Source: Desulfatiglandales bacterium
Lineage (GTDB): Bacteria > Desulfobacterota > DSM-4660 > Desulfatiglandales > Desulfatiglandaceae
Reading direction: 5' to 3'
Assembly: GCA_963666345.1 (NCBI GenBank)
Contig: OY762721.1
Location: 3,661,258-3,693,257, forward strand
Length of the DNA stretch: 32,000 nucleotides
Notes under the pieces: generated by a model
Databases searched by the model: none
What the model saw: only the letters and a program-made list of their open reading frames with translations
What the model was told of the DNA's origin: nothing
Made by a program: the position numbers and the translations under genes
Part shown: piece by piece, positions 1 through 9,310 of the stretch
How the letters are laid out: each line of letters opens with the position of its first letter
Position numbering within the stretch: position 1 is the first letter of the stretch

Positions 1-1
1 A

Positions 2-844
2 AAGAGAATCGTTGCTTGTTCCCCACCTGTGAAGGGTCAAGGTATGTGGCCAGCGACACTCTATTCAATGGTTGCAGCTGGAGCGGAAGAAATATACTGC
101 ATGGGAGGGGTTCACGCTCTTGCATCTATGGCTTATGGCATGGAAGGGCTCGAACCTGTCGATATGATAGTGGGAGCCGGAAACAAGTTTGTTGCTGAGG
201 CCAAAAGGCAAATTTTTGGTGATGCCGGAATTGATCTGCTTGCCGGACCAACCGAAATCTTAATTATCGCAGATGATACCGCTGACCCTGTAATTGTCGC
301 TGGAGATCTTCTAGGACAGGCAGAGCATGATCCTAATTCCAGACAGGCCCTTATAGCTCTTTCCGAAAATATTGCTGAGGCAACCATCAAGGAGGTTGAT
401 TCTCAGTTGAAAGATTTGCCTACGCGAGATGTAGCCGGGATTGCTTGGAGAGACAACGGAGAGGTCATCGTAGTTGACAGCGCTGATGAAGCAATAGAAA
501 TATCAGATAAATGGGCGCCTGAACATCTGGAGGTTCAGACAGAGGATTGGAAGTATTATTTAGATAACCTGACTAATTATGGGTCACTATTTTTGGGGGA
601 AGAAACAACCGTTGCCTATGGGGATAAAACGATCGGTACTAATCATGTGCTGCCTACTATGCGATCGGCGCGCTATACCGGGGGGTTGTATGTTGGTAAG
701 TTTGTTAAGACAGTTACATATCAGTATGCAAACAGGGAAGGTTCTGCAAAGATTGCAGATGTATGTGAAAGGGCCTGTAATTATGAAAATATGCTTGCTC
801 ATGGGATCACATGTAAAATGAGAAAGGAGAAGTATCTGGGATAA
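2..844 (+). CDS. Histidinol-dehydrogenase-family protein (HisD/HpsN-like polyol dehydrogenase), 5' end truncated by window edge
   Basis: Frame is open to base 2 (..KRIVACSPPVKGQG) and contains the HisD-like stretches AEEIYCMGGVHALASMAYG, DLLAGPTEILIIAD, ADLLGQAEHDP-like and GTNHVLPTMRSARYTGGL. It sits next to a transporter rather than his genes. Confidence 0.85.
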   Translation, partial: KRIVACSPPVKGQGMWPATLYSMVAAGAEEIYCMGGVHALASMAYGMEGLEPVDMIVGAGNKFVAEAKRQIFGDAGIDLLAGPTEILIIADDTADPVIVAGDLLGQAEHDPNSRQALIALSENIAEATIKEVDSQLKDLPTRDVAGIAWRDNGEVIVVDSADEAIEISDKWAPEHLEVQTEDWKYYLDNLTNYGSLFLGEETTVAYGDKTIGTNHVLPTMRSARYTGGLYVGKFVKTVTYQYANREGSAKIADVCERACNYENMLAHGITCKMRKEKYLG

Positions 845-890
845 AGCTGCTTTTAACAATAAATGCAAATTAGACAAGGAGGAATATTTC

Positions 891-1874
891 ATGAAACACA
901 TGGTTAATATCTTAGTGTTGGTGCTTGGAATTTCATTCGCCATCGGTTCCTTTGGTACAGCAATGGCAGGATCGTCCTACCCGGAAAAACCGATAAAAGC
1001 AATTATTCCATTTGGTGCTGGAGGGTTTGTCGATTCGACAGCCAGAATCCTTCAGAAATCTCTCGAAAAAATTCTTCCTCAACCCGTGGTCATATTAAAT
1101 GTTCCTGGTGGTGGTGCTGTTATCGGGAGTAGGCAAGGGAAGGATGCTGATCCAAACGGCTATACATATTTGATGCAGATTGCTGCCATGATGACGGCGC
1201 AAACACTTGGTGTAGCAGATTTTGGTCCGGAAGACTTCGAGCCAGTAGCACAAACTGGAAGGGCTCCTTGTATGATATGTGTTAGATCAGATTCTCGCTT
1301 TAAAAATCTTGAGGATTTTGTTCAAGAAGTAAAAAAGAATCCAAATACTGTAAGAGAAGCAATCAACATTGGAGCAATAGTGCACTTTATCTCGCTATCT
1401 TTCTGTGACGCAGCAGGAGGACTGAAGATGAGATATGTTCAAACTGGAGGTGGTGCGAAGAGGCTTGCTGCTATCCTAGGAGGCCACGCTGATGTTGCCA
1501 TACTTGGTACAGCAGAAGCCAAAGCAACCTATGATTCTGGAGACATTCGCATTCTTGGATATTTAGGATCAGAGCGCAATCGTTTTTATCCGAAGGTTGC
1601 AACGGCTGGAGAACAAGGATACCCAGGTAGCTTTCTAGCTATGAATCTTTGGTGGTTTGCTCCTAAGGGTACTCCAAAAGCGAAAATTGAAGTAATGGCT
1701 GATGCCCTTGAAAAGGCAATGAAAGATCCTGAAGTATTGAAATCGCTTGAGGCTAGGACTACCGACGCAATATTTTATCGTGGTGAAGATGTCATAAAAA
1801 GCATTAAAGCTGACAAAGATGCAATAGACAGACTTGCTAAAAAATACAATATCACCAAGCCAAAGAAAAAATAG
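891..1874 (+). CDS. tctC: Tripartite tricarboxylate transporter substrate-binding protein (TctC/Bug family)
   Basis: Signal-peptide-like N-terminus, YPEKPIKAIIPFGAGGFVDSTARIL, NVPGGGAVIG; followed by TctB- and TctA-like genes. Confidence 0.92.
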   Translation: MKHMVNILVLVLGISFAIGSFGTAMAGSSYPEKPIKAIIPFGAGGFVDSTARILQKSLEKILPQPVVILNVPGGGAVIGSRQGKDADPNGYTYLMQIAAMMTAQTLGVADFGPEDFEPVAQTGRAPCMICVRSDSRFKNLEDFVQEVKKNPNTVREAINIGAIVHFISLSFCDAAGGLKMRYVQTGGGAKRLAAILGGHADVAILGTAEAKATYDSGDIRILGYLGSERNRFYPKVATAGEQGYPGSFLAMNLWWFAPKGTPKAKIEVMADALEKAMKDPEVLKSLEARTTDAIFYRGEDVIKSIKADKDAIDRLAKKYNITKPKKK

Positions 1875-1957
1875 TTGTCTAATTCACAGAGCGCTTCTTG
1901 CTTTTGTTAAAGCAAGGAGCGTGACCTTAACCTATAAAATATTTAATCGGTGCCTCT

Positions 1958-2461
1958 ATGCTTAAAGAATATTCAAATATTATAAAGGATATAATTCTTT
2001 CTCTTTCTATCCTTTTTGTATGTGCCTTAGCATATATTGGCTGTATGAGCCTAAGTGAATCACCTTATGAGCCCCTCGGAGCAGGCTTTATTCCAAAAAC
2101 AATCAGTATTGTTCTTGCATTACTTTCACTTATATTATTGGGGAAATCAGTCCGCAATGTATTTAAAAATCACCAAGGTAATGTCGAAGGCGTTAGTCAA
2201 TCAGAGCCTTTGCCGGCGGTTTTTAAAAGGCGACCAGGACTTGCTGTTTTAGGCGTTATATTAACGATATTATATATCAATGTTCTTTACTTTAGAATAA
2301 TGGGATTCAGAATATCAACCGTTCTATTTGGTGTTTTTCTAGGGACGCTGTTGTCAAGGTTCAATTATAAGAATAGTTTGATCTCTATTATAATAGCGGT
2401 GGTTATGGGGCTTGGCTTGCATTATATATTCACAAACGTATTCATAATCGATCTTCCTTAG
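1958..2461 (+). CDS. tctB: Tripartite tricarboxylate transporter TctB-family small membrane protein
   Basis: About four hydrophobic segments, correct size (167 aa), located between tctC and tctA. Confidence 0.82.
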   Translation: MLKEYSNIIKDIILSLSILFVCALAYIGCMSLSESPYEPLGAGFIPKTISIVLALLSLILLGKSVRNVFKNHQGNVEGVSQSEPLPAVFKRRPGLAVLGVILTILYINVLYFRIMGFRISTVLFGVFLGTLLSRFNYKNSLISIIIAVVMGLGLHYIFTNVFIIDLP

Positions 2462-2530
2462 GTACTTTCAAAATACAAACAAAAGCACTGGAAATATCTT
2501 AAGCAGTTAATATGAGGGGGTTGTCTATAA

Positions 2531-4006
2531 ATGCTTTTATCATCGTTACTCAGTCTATTTGCTCCTGTTCCATTTTTTTACCTGGTTATTGGTGTCGTCT
2601 TAGGTTGCACGGTAGGCGCTATTCCTGGTCTTACAGGATCAATGCTGATAGTTCTTACTTTGCCGATGACTTTTTACATGGACAGCACGCTTGCAATGAT
2701 TCTACTGGTTGCGATGTATGTTGGAGCCATTAGTGGAGGACTAATCACTGCAACATTACTTCGCATGCCTGGAACGCCTTCTTCAATAATGACCACTTTT
2801 GACGGTTATCCAATGGCCAAAAATGGAATGGCAGGAAGGGCTATAGGGATAGGAATAACCGCATCTTTTGTGGGCGGATTAGTGTCATGGATATTCCTTG
2901 CTGTGCTCGCTCCTGTACTGGGTAGACTTGCTGTAAGATTTGGACCTTTTGAATATTTTTCCATGGTTTTAATGGCGCTGGTGCTTATAGCATCTGTGAG
3001 TGAAGGGTCGTTATTAAAAGGTTTCATTGCTGGTCTTTTAGGCTTGCTTGTTGCTACGCCAGGAATAGATCCTGTAACTGCTATGCAAAGACTTGATTTC
3101 GGATTTCATGAGATGGCTGGAGGTTTTGACATTTTACCTGTGCTAATTGGGCTATTTGGTGTTAGCCAGATTATTTCGGATATGGTTAATATCGAACAAA
3201 GGCCTGAAAAAGTCCCATTTAGATTTAAAAGCATGTTTATGTCTTTCAAAGAATTGAAGAGTCAGGCAGTCAATATGATAAGATCTTCAGTTATTGGAAC
3301 ATGGATCGGCATTCTTCCCGGGATAGGTGCAAATATAGGCTCAATAATCGCGTATGGGGCTGCTAAAAACACATCGAAGTCGCCGGAAAAATTTGGGACT
3401 GGTTCTGAAGAAGGCATCGTAGCATCTGAATCTGCCAATAATGCTACCGTTGGAGGCGCATTAATTCCGCTTATTACTCTCGGGATTCCAGGAAGTATTA
3501 TTGATGCAGTTCTTCTTGGTGCCATGTTTATTCATAACGTTCAGCCAGGACCACTTTTATTCAAAACTCATCCCGAAATGGCATATGGTGTAATATCAGC
3601 CTGTCTAGTGGCTAATATAATAATGTTTATTGTAATGATTTTTGCCACTGTATTGATAGCCAAGATAATTGATGTGCCTAAAGAGTTCATTATTCCGGTT
3701 GTTATTGCTTTTTGTGTGGTAGGAGCTTTTGCTTTACATAACAGAATGTTTGATGTTTGGGTCATGTTCGGCTTTGGACTTGTGGGCTATTTATTGGAAA
3801 GGGCATCAGTTCCGCTTGCTCCTTTTATTATTGGTTTAATACTATGTCCGCTTGCAGAATTACCGTTACGTCAGGGTTTGATGGCGTCTGCCGGTGATTA
3901 TTCTCCTTTCATAACTAGACCGGTGTCTCTATTTTTCCTGATAGTAGCAGTGGGAACTTTTATCTTTAGTTTACGAAGAGAGCTTAAAGGGCAAAAAAAC
4001 AACTAA
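2531..4006 (+). CDS. tctA: Tripartite tricarboxylate transporter TctA-family permease
   Basis: VIGVVLGCTVGAIPGLTGSMLIVLTLPMTFYM, GIPGSIIDAVLLGAMFIHNVQPGP; multi-spanning 491 aa. Confidence 0.95.
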   Translation: MLLSSLLSLFAPVPFFYLVIGVVLGCTVGAIPGLTGSMLIVLTLPMTFYMDSTLAMILLVAMYVGAISGGLITATLLRMPGTPSSIMTTFDGYPMAKNGMAGRAIGIGITASFVGGLVSWIFLAVLAPVLGRLAVRFGPFEYFSMVLMALVLIASVSEGSLLKGFIAGLLGLLVATPGIDPVTAMQRLDFGFHEMAGGFDILPVLIGLFGVSQIISDMVNIEQRPEKVPFRFKSMFMSFKELKSQAVNMIRSSVIGTWIGILPGIGANIGSIIAYGAAKNTSKSPEKFGTGSEEGIVASESANNATVGGALIPLITLGIPGSIIDAVLLGAMFIHNVQPGPLLFKTHPEMAYGVISACLVANIIMFIVMIFATVLIAKIIDVPKEFIIPVVIAFCVVGAFALHNRMFDVWVMFGFGLVGYLLERASVPLAPFIIGLILCPLAELPLRQGLMASAGDYSPFITRPVSLFFLIVAVGTFIFSLRRELKGQKNN

Positions 4007-4056
4007 TTTAATAACTTTATAATGTTATATTTAATACTTTTGTTAAGGAGTAAAAG

Positions 4057-5445
4057 ATGAAAAATGTAATTTTAATTGTGCTTGACAGTTTAAGGAAAGA
4101 TCATGTCGGTAGCTATGGCAACGAATGGATAAAGACTCCGAACCTCGACAAATTTTATTCTGAGAGCTTCAGCTTTTCACAAGCATACCCAGAGACTCTT
4201 GCGACGTTACCCGTAAGAAGAGGTATTATGACCGGTCGGAGGGTTTACCCATTCAAAGATTGGAAAGGCTCTGCTTTAGGGGATTTTATATCAGCGCCTG
4301 GATGGCAACCATTAGCTGATGATGATGTTACATTGTCAGAAGTATTTTTTGAAGCTGGGTATCAAACTTCCTTCATTACAGATGTATATCATCTTTTTAA
4401 ACCCTCAATGAATTTTCATAGAGGTTTTTGTGAATGGAGATTCATCCGAGGACAGGAACTTGATCTCCTGGATTGCTCCCGTCCTGAGGTAAATTTGGAT
4501 CATTATATAACTCCCAGGATGAAGGGCCTGGTATCTGAAAATCAAACAGCCCAATATCTCACAAATGTTAGACACAGAAAGGGAGAAGAAGATCATTTTG
4601 CGCCAACGGTGTTCCAGGAGGCCATAAATTGGATAGATAGGAATAAAGATAACGGTCCTTTTTATCTACATTTAGATAGCTTTGATCCTCATGAACCTTG
4701 GGACCCACCAGCAAAGTATTGGGGTTTGTACCATGATCCAGATTATAAAGGTCATCAGGTCATCTGCCCTGACTATGGCGATCCTCTCACATTTATGACT
4801 GAGGAGGAATTAACTCATACAAAAGCCCTTTATGCTGGAGAGGTTACCATGGTTGATACCTGGTTCGGCAAGTTCATGGAAAAGATGTCTGAATTGGGCT
4901 TAGATGAAAATACTCTTGTAGTTGTATTGTCTGACCATGGCCATCCTCTAGGAGAGCACAATCTAATACGAAAAACTCCTGCTGCAATGTATCCCGAATT
5001 GTTGGATATCCCGCTCATGATTCGTCATCCTTCAGGCTTAAAAGCAGGTGAACAGACTGATGGTTATGTCTATAACCATGATTTGTTCACAACTATGCTT
5101 AATTTTGCAGATATACCGGTTAACTGGTCTGTGGATGGAATTGATTTGATGAATATGACGAATAAGAGAGATTACGCTACCTGTGCATTTAAGGGAACTG
5201 TCTGGGCAAAGACGAATGATTATGCGTATTTTTCACTTATGGATGGCGAAAATGCGAAACTATTTGATCTAAAAGAGGATCCGGGTCAATACGACAATAT
5301 CGCTGATAAAAAGCCGAACGTGGTAAAAGAAATGTTTGGCCTCACTCTGGCTGATGCCGACGGGGCTCTTCCCGATTTTTCCAGTCTTAAGGGGCAGCTT
5401 ACGGCGCCTAGATTTAGCACGGCTTTGAGCATAAATAGAAAGTAA
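4057..5445 (+). CDS. Alkaline-phosphatase-superfamily hydrolase (sulfatase-like), Thr at the usual FGly position
   Basis: N-terminal NVILIVLDSLRKDHVGSYG metal motif, LATLPVRRGIMTGR (C/S-x-P-x-R replaced by T-L-P-V-R), VVLSDHGHPLGEH. Confidence 0.88.
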   Translation: MKNVILIVLDSLRKDHVGSYGNEWIKTPNLDKFYSESFSFSQAYPETLATLPVRRGIMTGRRVYPFKDWKGSALGDFISAPGWQPLADDDVTLSEVFFEAGYQTSFITDVYHLFKPSMNFHRGFCEWRFIRGQELDLLDCSRPEVNLDHYITPRMKGLVSENQTAQYLTNVRHRKGEEDHFAPTVFQEAINWIDRNKDNGPFYLHLDSFDPHEPWDPPAKYWGLYHDPDYKGHQVICPDYGDPLTFMTEEELTHTKALYAGEVTMVDTWFGKFMEKMSELGLDENTLVVVLSDHGHPLGEHNLIRKTPAAMYPELLDIPLMIRHPSGLKAGEQTDGYVYNHDLFTTMLNFADIPVNWSVDGIDLMNMTNKRDYATCAFKGTVWAKTNDYAYFSLMDGENAKLFDLKEDPGQYDNIADKKPNVVKEMFGLTLADADGALPDFSSLKGQLTAPRFSTALSINRK

Positions 5446-5510
5446 GCGAAAATTTGATATGTGCTCACTGATATTGTTTGTTAAGTGTGGTAAGAGAGCA
5501 GAGGTTCAAT

Positions 5511-6266
5511 ATGTTTGATTTAGACGGAAAAGTTGCATTGGTAACCGGAGCCAATCGAGGGATAGGGCGGAAGATTGCCCTTACTCTTGCCGAGGCGGGC
5601 GCCAATATAGCTCTTGTGGCCAGAGATAAAGACAAACTCAATTTAGTCGCGGATGAAATACGGGCTTTAGGGAAAAGTGCTGAGGTGTTTTCAGCCGATT
5701 TGAATCTGATAGGGAGTTTAGCATCTTTGGCGCAAGATGTAGATAGAATGATGGGCGGTATAGATATCCTTGTCAATAACGCCGGGATCAACATACCTCA
5801 GGAATCCATAGATGTTACTGAAGATGCATGGGATGCCATAATGGATCTTAACCTTAAATCTGCATTTTTTCTAGCTCAGGCAGTTGGAAAGCTGATGATT
5901 TTGCGCGAAGGTGGGGGAAGAATAATCAATATCAGTTCGCAGACAGGATCTGTTGCACTCGCAAAAAGAGCTGTATATTGTGCCAGCAAGGCAGGAATGA
6001 ATCTTATCACAAAGGTCCTGGCAGTTGATTGGGCACAATATGGGATTCTTGTCAATGCGGTGGCCCCCACCTTTATAGAAACTGATTTTACCAAGGATGC
6101 TTTGGCTGATCCAGACTTTCGGGAATATGCATTGTCAAAAAATGTTTTAAAACGTTTGGGAAAACCCGAGGATGTAGCTGGCGCAGTTCTCTATCTTTCA
6201 ACGGATGCTGCAAAATTGGTAACGGGGCATGTGCTTATGGTAGATGGTGGCTGGACTGCACATTAA
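5511..6266 (+). CDS. Short-chain dehydrogenase/reductase (SDR) family oxidoreductase
   Basis: GKVALVTGANRGIGRKIALTLAEAGA, NNAG, ISSQTGS..YCASKAG, GHVLMVDGGW. ATG at 5511 preferred over the longer track ORF start at 5478. Confidence 0.95.
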   Translation: MFDLDGKVALVTGANRGIGRKIALTLAEAGANIALVARDKDKLNLVADEIRALGKSAEVFSADLNLIGSLASLAQDVDRMMGGIDILVNNAGINIPQESIDVTEDAWDAIMDLNLKSAFFLAQAVGKLMILREGGGRIINISSQTGSVALAKRAVYCASKAGMNLITKVLAVDWAQYGILVNAVAPTFIETDFTKDALADPDFREYALSKNVLKRLGKPEDVAGAVLYLSTDAAKLVTGHVLMVDGGWTAH

Positions 6267-6330
6267 ACTTTGATTAAAGCATAGTTACTTCAAAAAAAAT
6301 CGAGAGAACAAAAAATCTAAGGGATTTGGT

Positions 6331-7299
6331 ATGATCAATAGAAAAACTGAAAAGAAAATTCAGCAGGCAACTGTAATCGGTGCTGGAGTTATGGGGCATG
6401 GTATAGCTCAGTTCCTTGCCTATAATGGTTTGAAGGTAACATTAGTTGATAATAATGAGAAAAATTTAGAGCAGGCAAAAAAATGGATTGATGACAACTT
6501 AAAAGTAATGGTTGATCTCGGAGAGATCAAAGAAACCGAAATTTCAAGTTTGTTGTCTAGAATTGTTTTCGCTACAGAATTGAGTGAAAGCATAAAAGGT
6601 TCTAAATACGTTTTAGAAGCAATTACTGAAAATTTGGAAATAAAGAAAAAGATATGGAAAATAATGGGAGAATATTCAGATGGCGATGCCATTTTGGCTT
6701 CAAATACATCATCATATGATATAAATGAACTTGGCAAAGGGGTTCCCAATGAGGAACGGGTTATTGGCACACATTGGTTCCACCCCCCACCCATTACGCC
6801 TTGTGTCGAGGTCATTCCTTCCGAAAAGACAAATGATAGCACGATTCACTTTGTAGTGGATTTTCTCAAGGATATAGGAAAAATTCCAACAAAATGCGAA
6901 AGCGCCCCAGGTTTTGTAGCTAATCGTCTCCAAATGGCACTAGCCGCAGAAGCAATCGCTTTGGTTGAAAATGGTCTTGCAACCCCAAATGAAGTAGATC
7001 AAATCGTAAAAACATCATTCGGCTTCCGTTTGAGTGCCTATGGCCCTTTTGAAATAATTGACCAAGCAGGAGCAGACACTTATCTAAGCATCTTTGAATA
7101 TCTTTATGAAAAATTGGGGAAAAAGCACTTTAAACCTCCTCGCCTTTTAACTGATCAGGTTAAGGCTGGTTGCTTAGGACTTAAAGTTTCAAAGGGTTTT
7201 TATGACTATACAGAAGGGGCTGCCGATTCTGTTAGGCGCAACCGTGATCGTAAGCTGTATGCAAGGCTAAGACTCTTTAATAAAGAGGCCATAGATTGA
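6331..7299 (+). CDS. 3-hydroxyacyl-CoA dehydrogenase NAD-binding family protein
   Basis: VIGAGVMGHGIAQFLAYNG, SNTSSYDI, GTHWFHPPPITPCVEVI, PGFVANRLQMAL, GLKVSKGFYDY. Confidence 0.92.
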   Translation: MINRKTEKKIQQATVIGAGVMGHGIAQFLAYNGLKVTLVDNNEKNLEQAKKWIDDNLKVMVDLGEIKETEISSLLSRIVFATELSESIKGSKYVLEAITENLEIKKKIWKIMGEYSDGDAILASNTSSYDINELGKGVPNEERVIGTHWFHPPPITPCVEVIPSEKTNDSTIHFVVDFLKDIGKIPTKCESAPGFVANRLQMALAAEAIALVENGLATPNEVDQIVKTSFGFRLSAYGPFEIIDQAGADTYLSIFEYLYEKLGKKHFKPPRLLTDQVKAGCLGLKVSKGFYDYTEGAADSVRRNRDRKLYARLRLFNKEAID

Positions 7300-7634
7300 A
7301 ACAAGCTCTCTCTTAATTGGTACCCGCTCATTCATTTGGATTGATACTTTACTCCTATCATGGGAGGAATCAGGGGGAAATGAAATGCCTTTTCACCCTG
7401 ATGATATTGGATGGCCTCTTCATTAAACTGTATGCTTTTTTCTCTTTTTGGTGTATTATGGGATTATTACGGCAGTGCTCTCCTTCCTGTGGCTCAATCG
7501 TTTTTTGTCAATTCAATTGATACCACATGGGGACACTGCCGTCCCTTTCAAAAAAAGCTAAACTTGATTATACGTTATCACCAGTTGGGTTTTTCCGCAT
7601 TCTTTATCTATTCAATGTCAGGTGCCCGGCCTTC

Positions 7635-8585
7635 TCAGGCCCCCTTTACAGGCAGGGCCGGTTCCTCATTTACCGTGAGAGTGAATATGTCTGCCCTTGC
7701 GTAGTGGCCTGTTACGTCAAAATCGACCCTTGCCCTTACGACTTCGGCCATATCCAGTTCGGCATAGAGTATGCCATCCCTGTCATACAGGGGTCCTTCA
7801 ATCACCTCCCCGAACGGGGATATGATAGCGCTTCCACCTCTGGTGATTATATCAGGCTGGTCTTTTAGTTCCTCAAGATTCCTTATCTCCTCAGGATACA
7901 TATCCTTTGTCATGAACTGGTTACAGGAAAGCACAAAACAGCGGCTTTCGCACGCAATATGCCTCATGCTGGCGTGCCAGGAATCCCTTGAGTCGGCGGT
8001 GGGGGCAAGATATATGTCCAGTCCTTTGCCGTACATGGCCATTCTTGCAAGAGGCATGTAGTTTTCCCAGCATATGAGTCCGCCTACCCTTCCAAATGGG
8101 GTATCTATGACCGTCAGGGTGCTTCCGTCCCCCTCGCCCCATATGAGTCTTTCGGAACCTGTGGGTTTGAGTTTCCTGTGTTTTCCGAGCAGTTCTCCAT
8201 GGGGCCCGAAATAGACAAGGGTACAGTAAAGTGTCCCGCGGCTGAAGGTCGAATCGCGCTCAATGACCCCGATAGCAGCAAACACGCCTGCTTCCCTTGC
8301 CGCCTTTCCGATCAGCTCGGTCTGCCTGCCCGGTACGTCAACCGCTGTTTCCCAGTAACGCTGCCACACCTTTCTTCCTTCAGGACTCCTGCTTCCCACA
8401 ACCATCCCGAAATTGAGTCCCCTCGGGTAGGCGGGTATGAGCGCCTCGGGAAAGAGTATGAATTTGGCCCCTTCAGATGCGGCCTCATGAATGAGTTCGC
8501 ACACCCTATCCGTTATGGCGTCCCTGTCAAAGGGAACAGGAGCTGCCTGTACCACCGCGACCTTCACAGGAGATGGTGATGTCAT
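7635..8585 (-). CDS. Nitrilase / carbon-nitrogen hydrolase (aliphatic/aromatic nitrilase-like)
   Basis: Glu-Lys-Cys triad context: FPEALIPAYPRGLNFG, KHRKLKPTGSERLIWGEGDG, GGLICWENYMPLARMAMYGKGLDIYLAPTAD. Confidence 0.92.
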   Translation of the reverse strand: MTSPSPVKVAVVQAAPVPFDRDAITDRVCELIHEAASEGAKFILFPEALIPAYPRGLNFGMVVGSRSPEGRKVWQRYWETAVDVPGRQTELIGKAAREAGVFAAIGVIERDSTFSRGTLYCTLVYFGPHGELLGKHRKLKPTGSERLIWGEGDGSTLTVIDTPFGRVGGLICWENYMPLARMAMYGKGLDIYLAPTADSRDSWHASMRHIACESRCFVLSCNQFMTKDMYPEEIRNLEELKDQPDIITRGGSAIISPFGEVIEGPLYDRDGILYAELDMAEVVRARVDFDVTGHYARADIFTLTVNEEPALPVKGA

Positions 8586-8700
8586 ATTTTTTATTACCTC
8601 CTCGGCCCGGTCCTTAAGACCGGGATTTTTTTACTCAGTATCTCTTTAAAAAGATTTCGCATGACTTTTGCAGGGGCTTCAACTCTTTTGGGTTCTTCTC

Positions 8701-9050
8701 TCAATTAGTTGGGAGAAAGGGTCCAAGGGTTCCAGGATTCAAGAGTTTGGTTTCCAGGGATTTGATCATTGCTTTCAGCATTGTCTCGACATCCCCGATT
8801 TTCCCCCTTAATTCCTGAAGCCTCTGTTTTTTCAAATAACCCAAGTCACCTGATATCCTGGCCTGGGTTTCCAATTCACAGACTGAACCATATGCAATAT
8901 AGAGAAATCTCACATACTCTATAGTCGTTTTTCTCCCATACCCTTAGGCGATATTCGATGGTATGGAAACAGCGGATCTTCTGATTCGGGAGGTCAAAGC
9001 GTACCGCTCATCTTTTGAAAAACGTTTTGTTTCCTTATAAATATGAAAAC
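8701..9050 (-). pseudogene. Four-helix-bundle (S23/IVP-like) protein remnant, interrupted by an in-frame TAA
   Basis: Minus-strand reading gives ..IYKETKRFSKDERYALTSRIRRSAVSIPSNIA*GYGRKTTIEYVRFLYIAYGSVCELETQARISGDLGYLKK.. with the stop at 8944-8946 where the family normally has Glu. The N-terminus is degenerate, so the upstream boundary is approximate. Confidence 0.75.
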
Positions 9051-9310
9051 AAAGCGTATACGATTTTTGCCGAATGTTTAACTCTTTATGATTTTTAAGC
9101 ATTTCACTTGACCCCTTGACCCCTTGAATCCTATTTGATCACAATTAATCAAATGATGTTCCCTGAAGCTTAACAGAGCAATCCTGGATTATCAAGACCG
9201 GTCGGAAAGAGATACCGATTTGGCATTTTTCCTTTTTGATGGTACATTTATGTCTGATTTTTTTACAGGCTTACGGATCGATCCTTCATACTTCACATCA
9301 GGGGAGGACA

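Noticed and set aside
7317-7868. Small ORFs (67, 97, 113 aa) after the hydroxyacyl-CoA-dehydrogenase-like gene
   Set aside because: No family resemblance, partly antisense to the nitrilase; treated as intergenic DNA.
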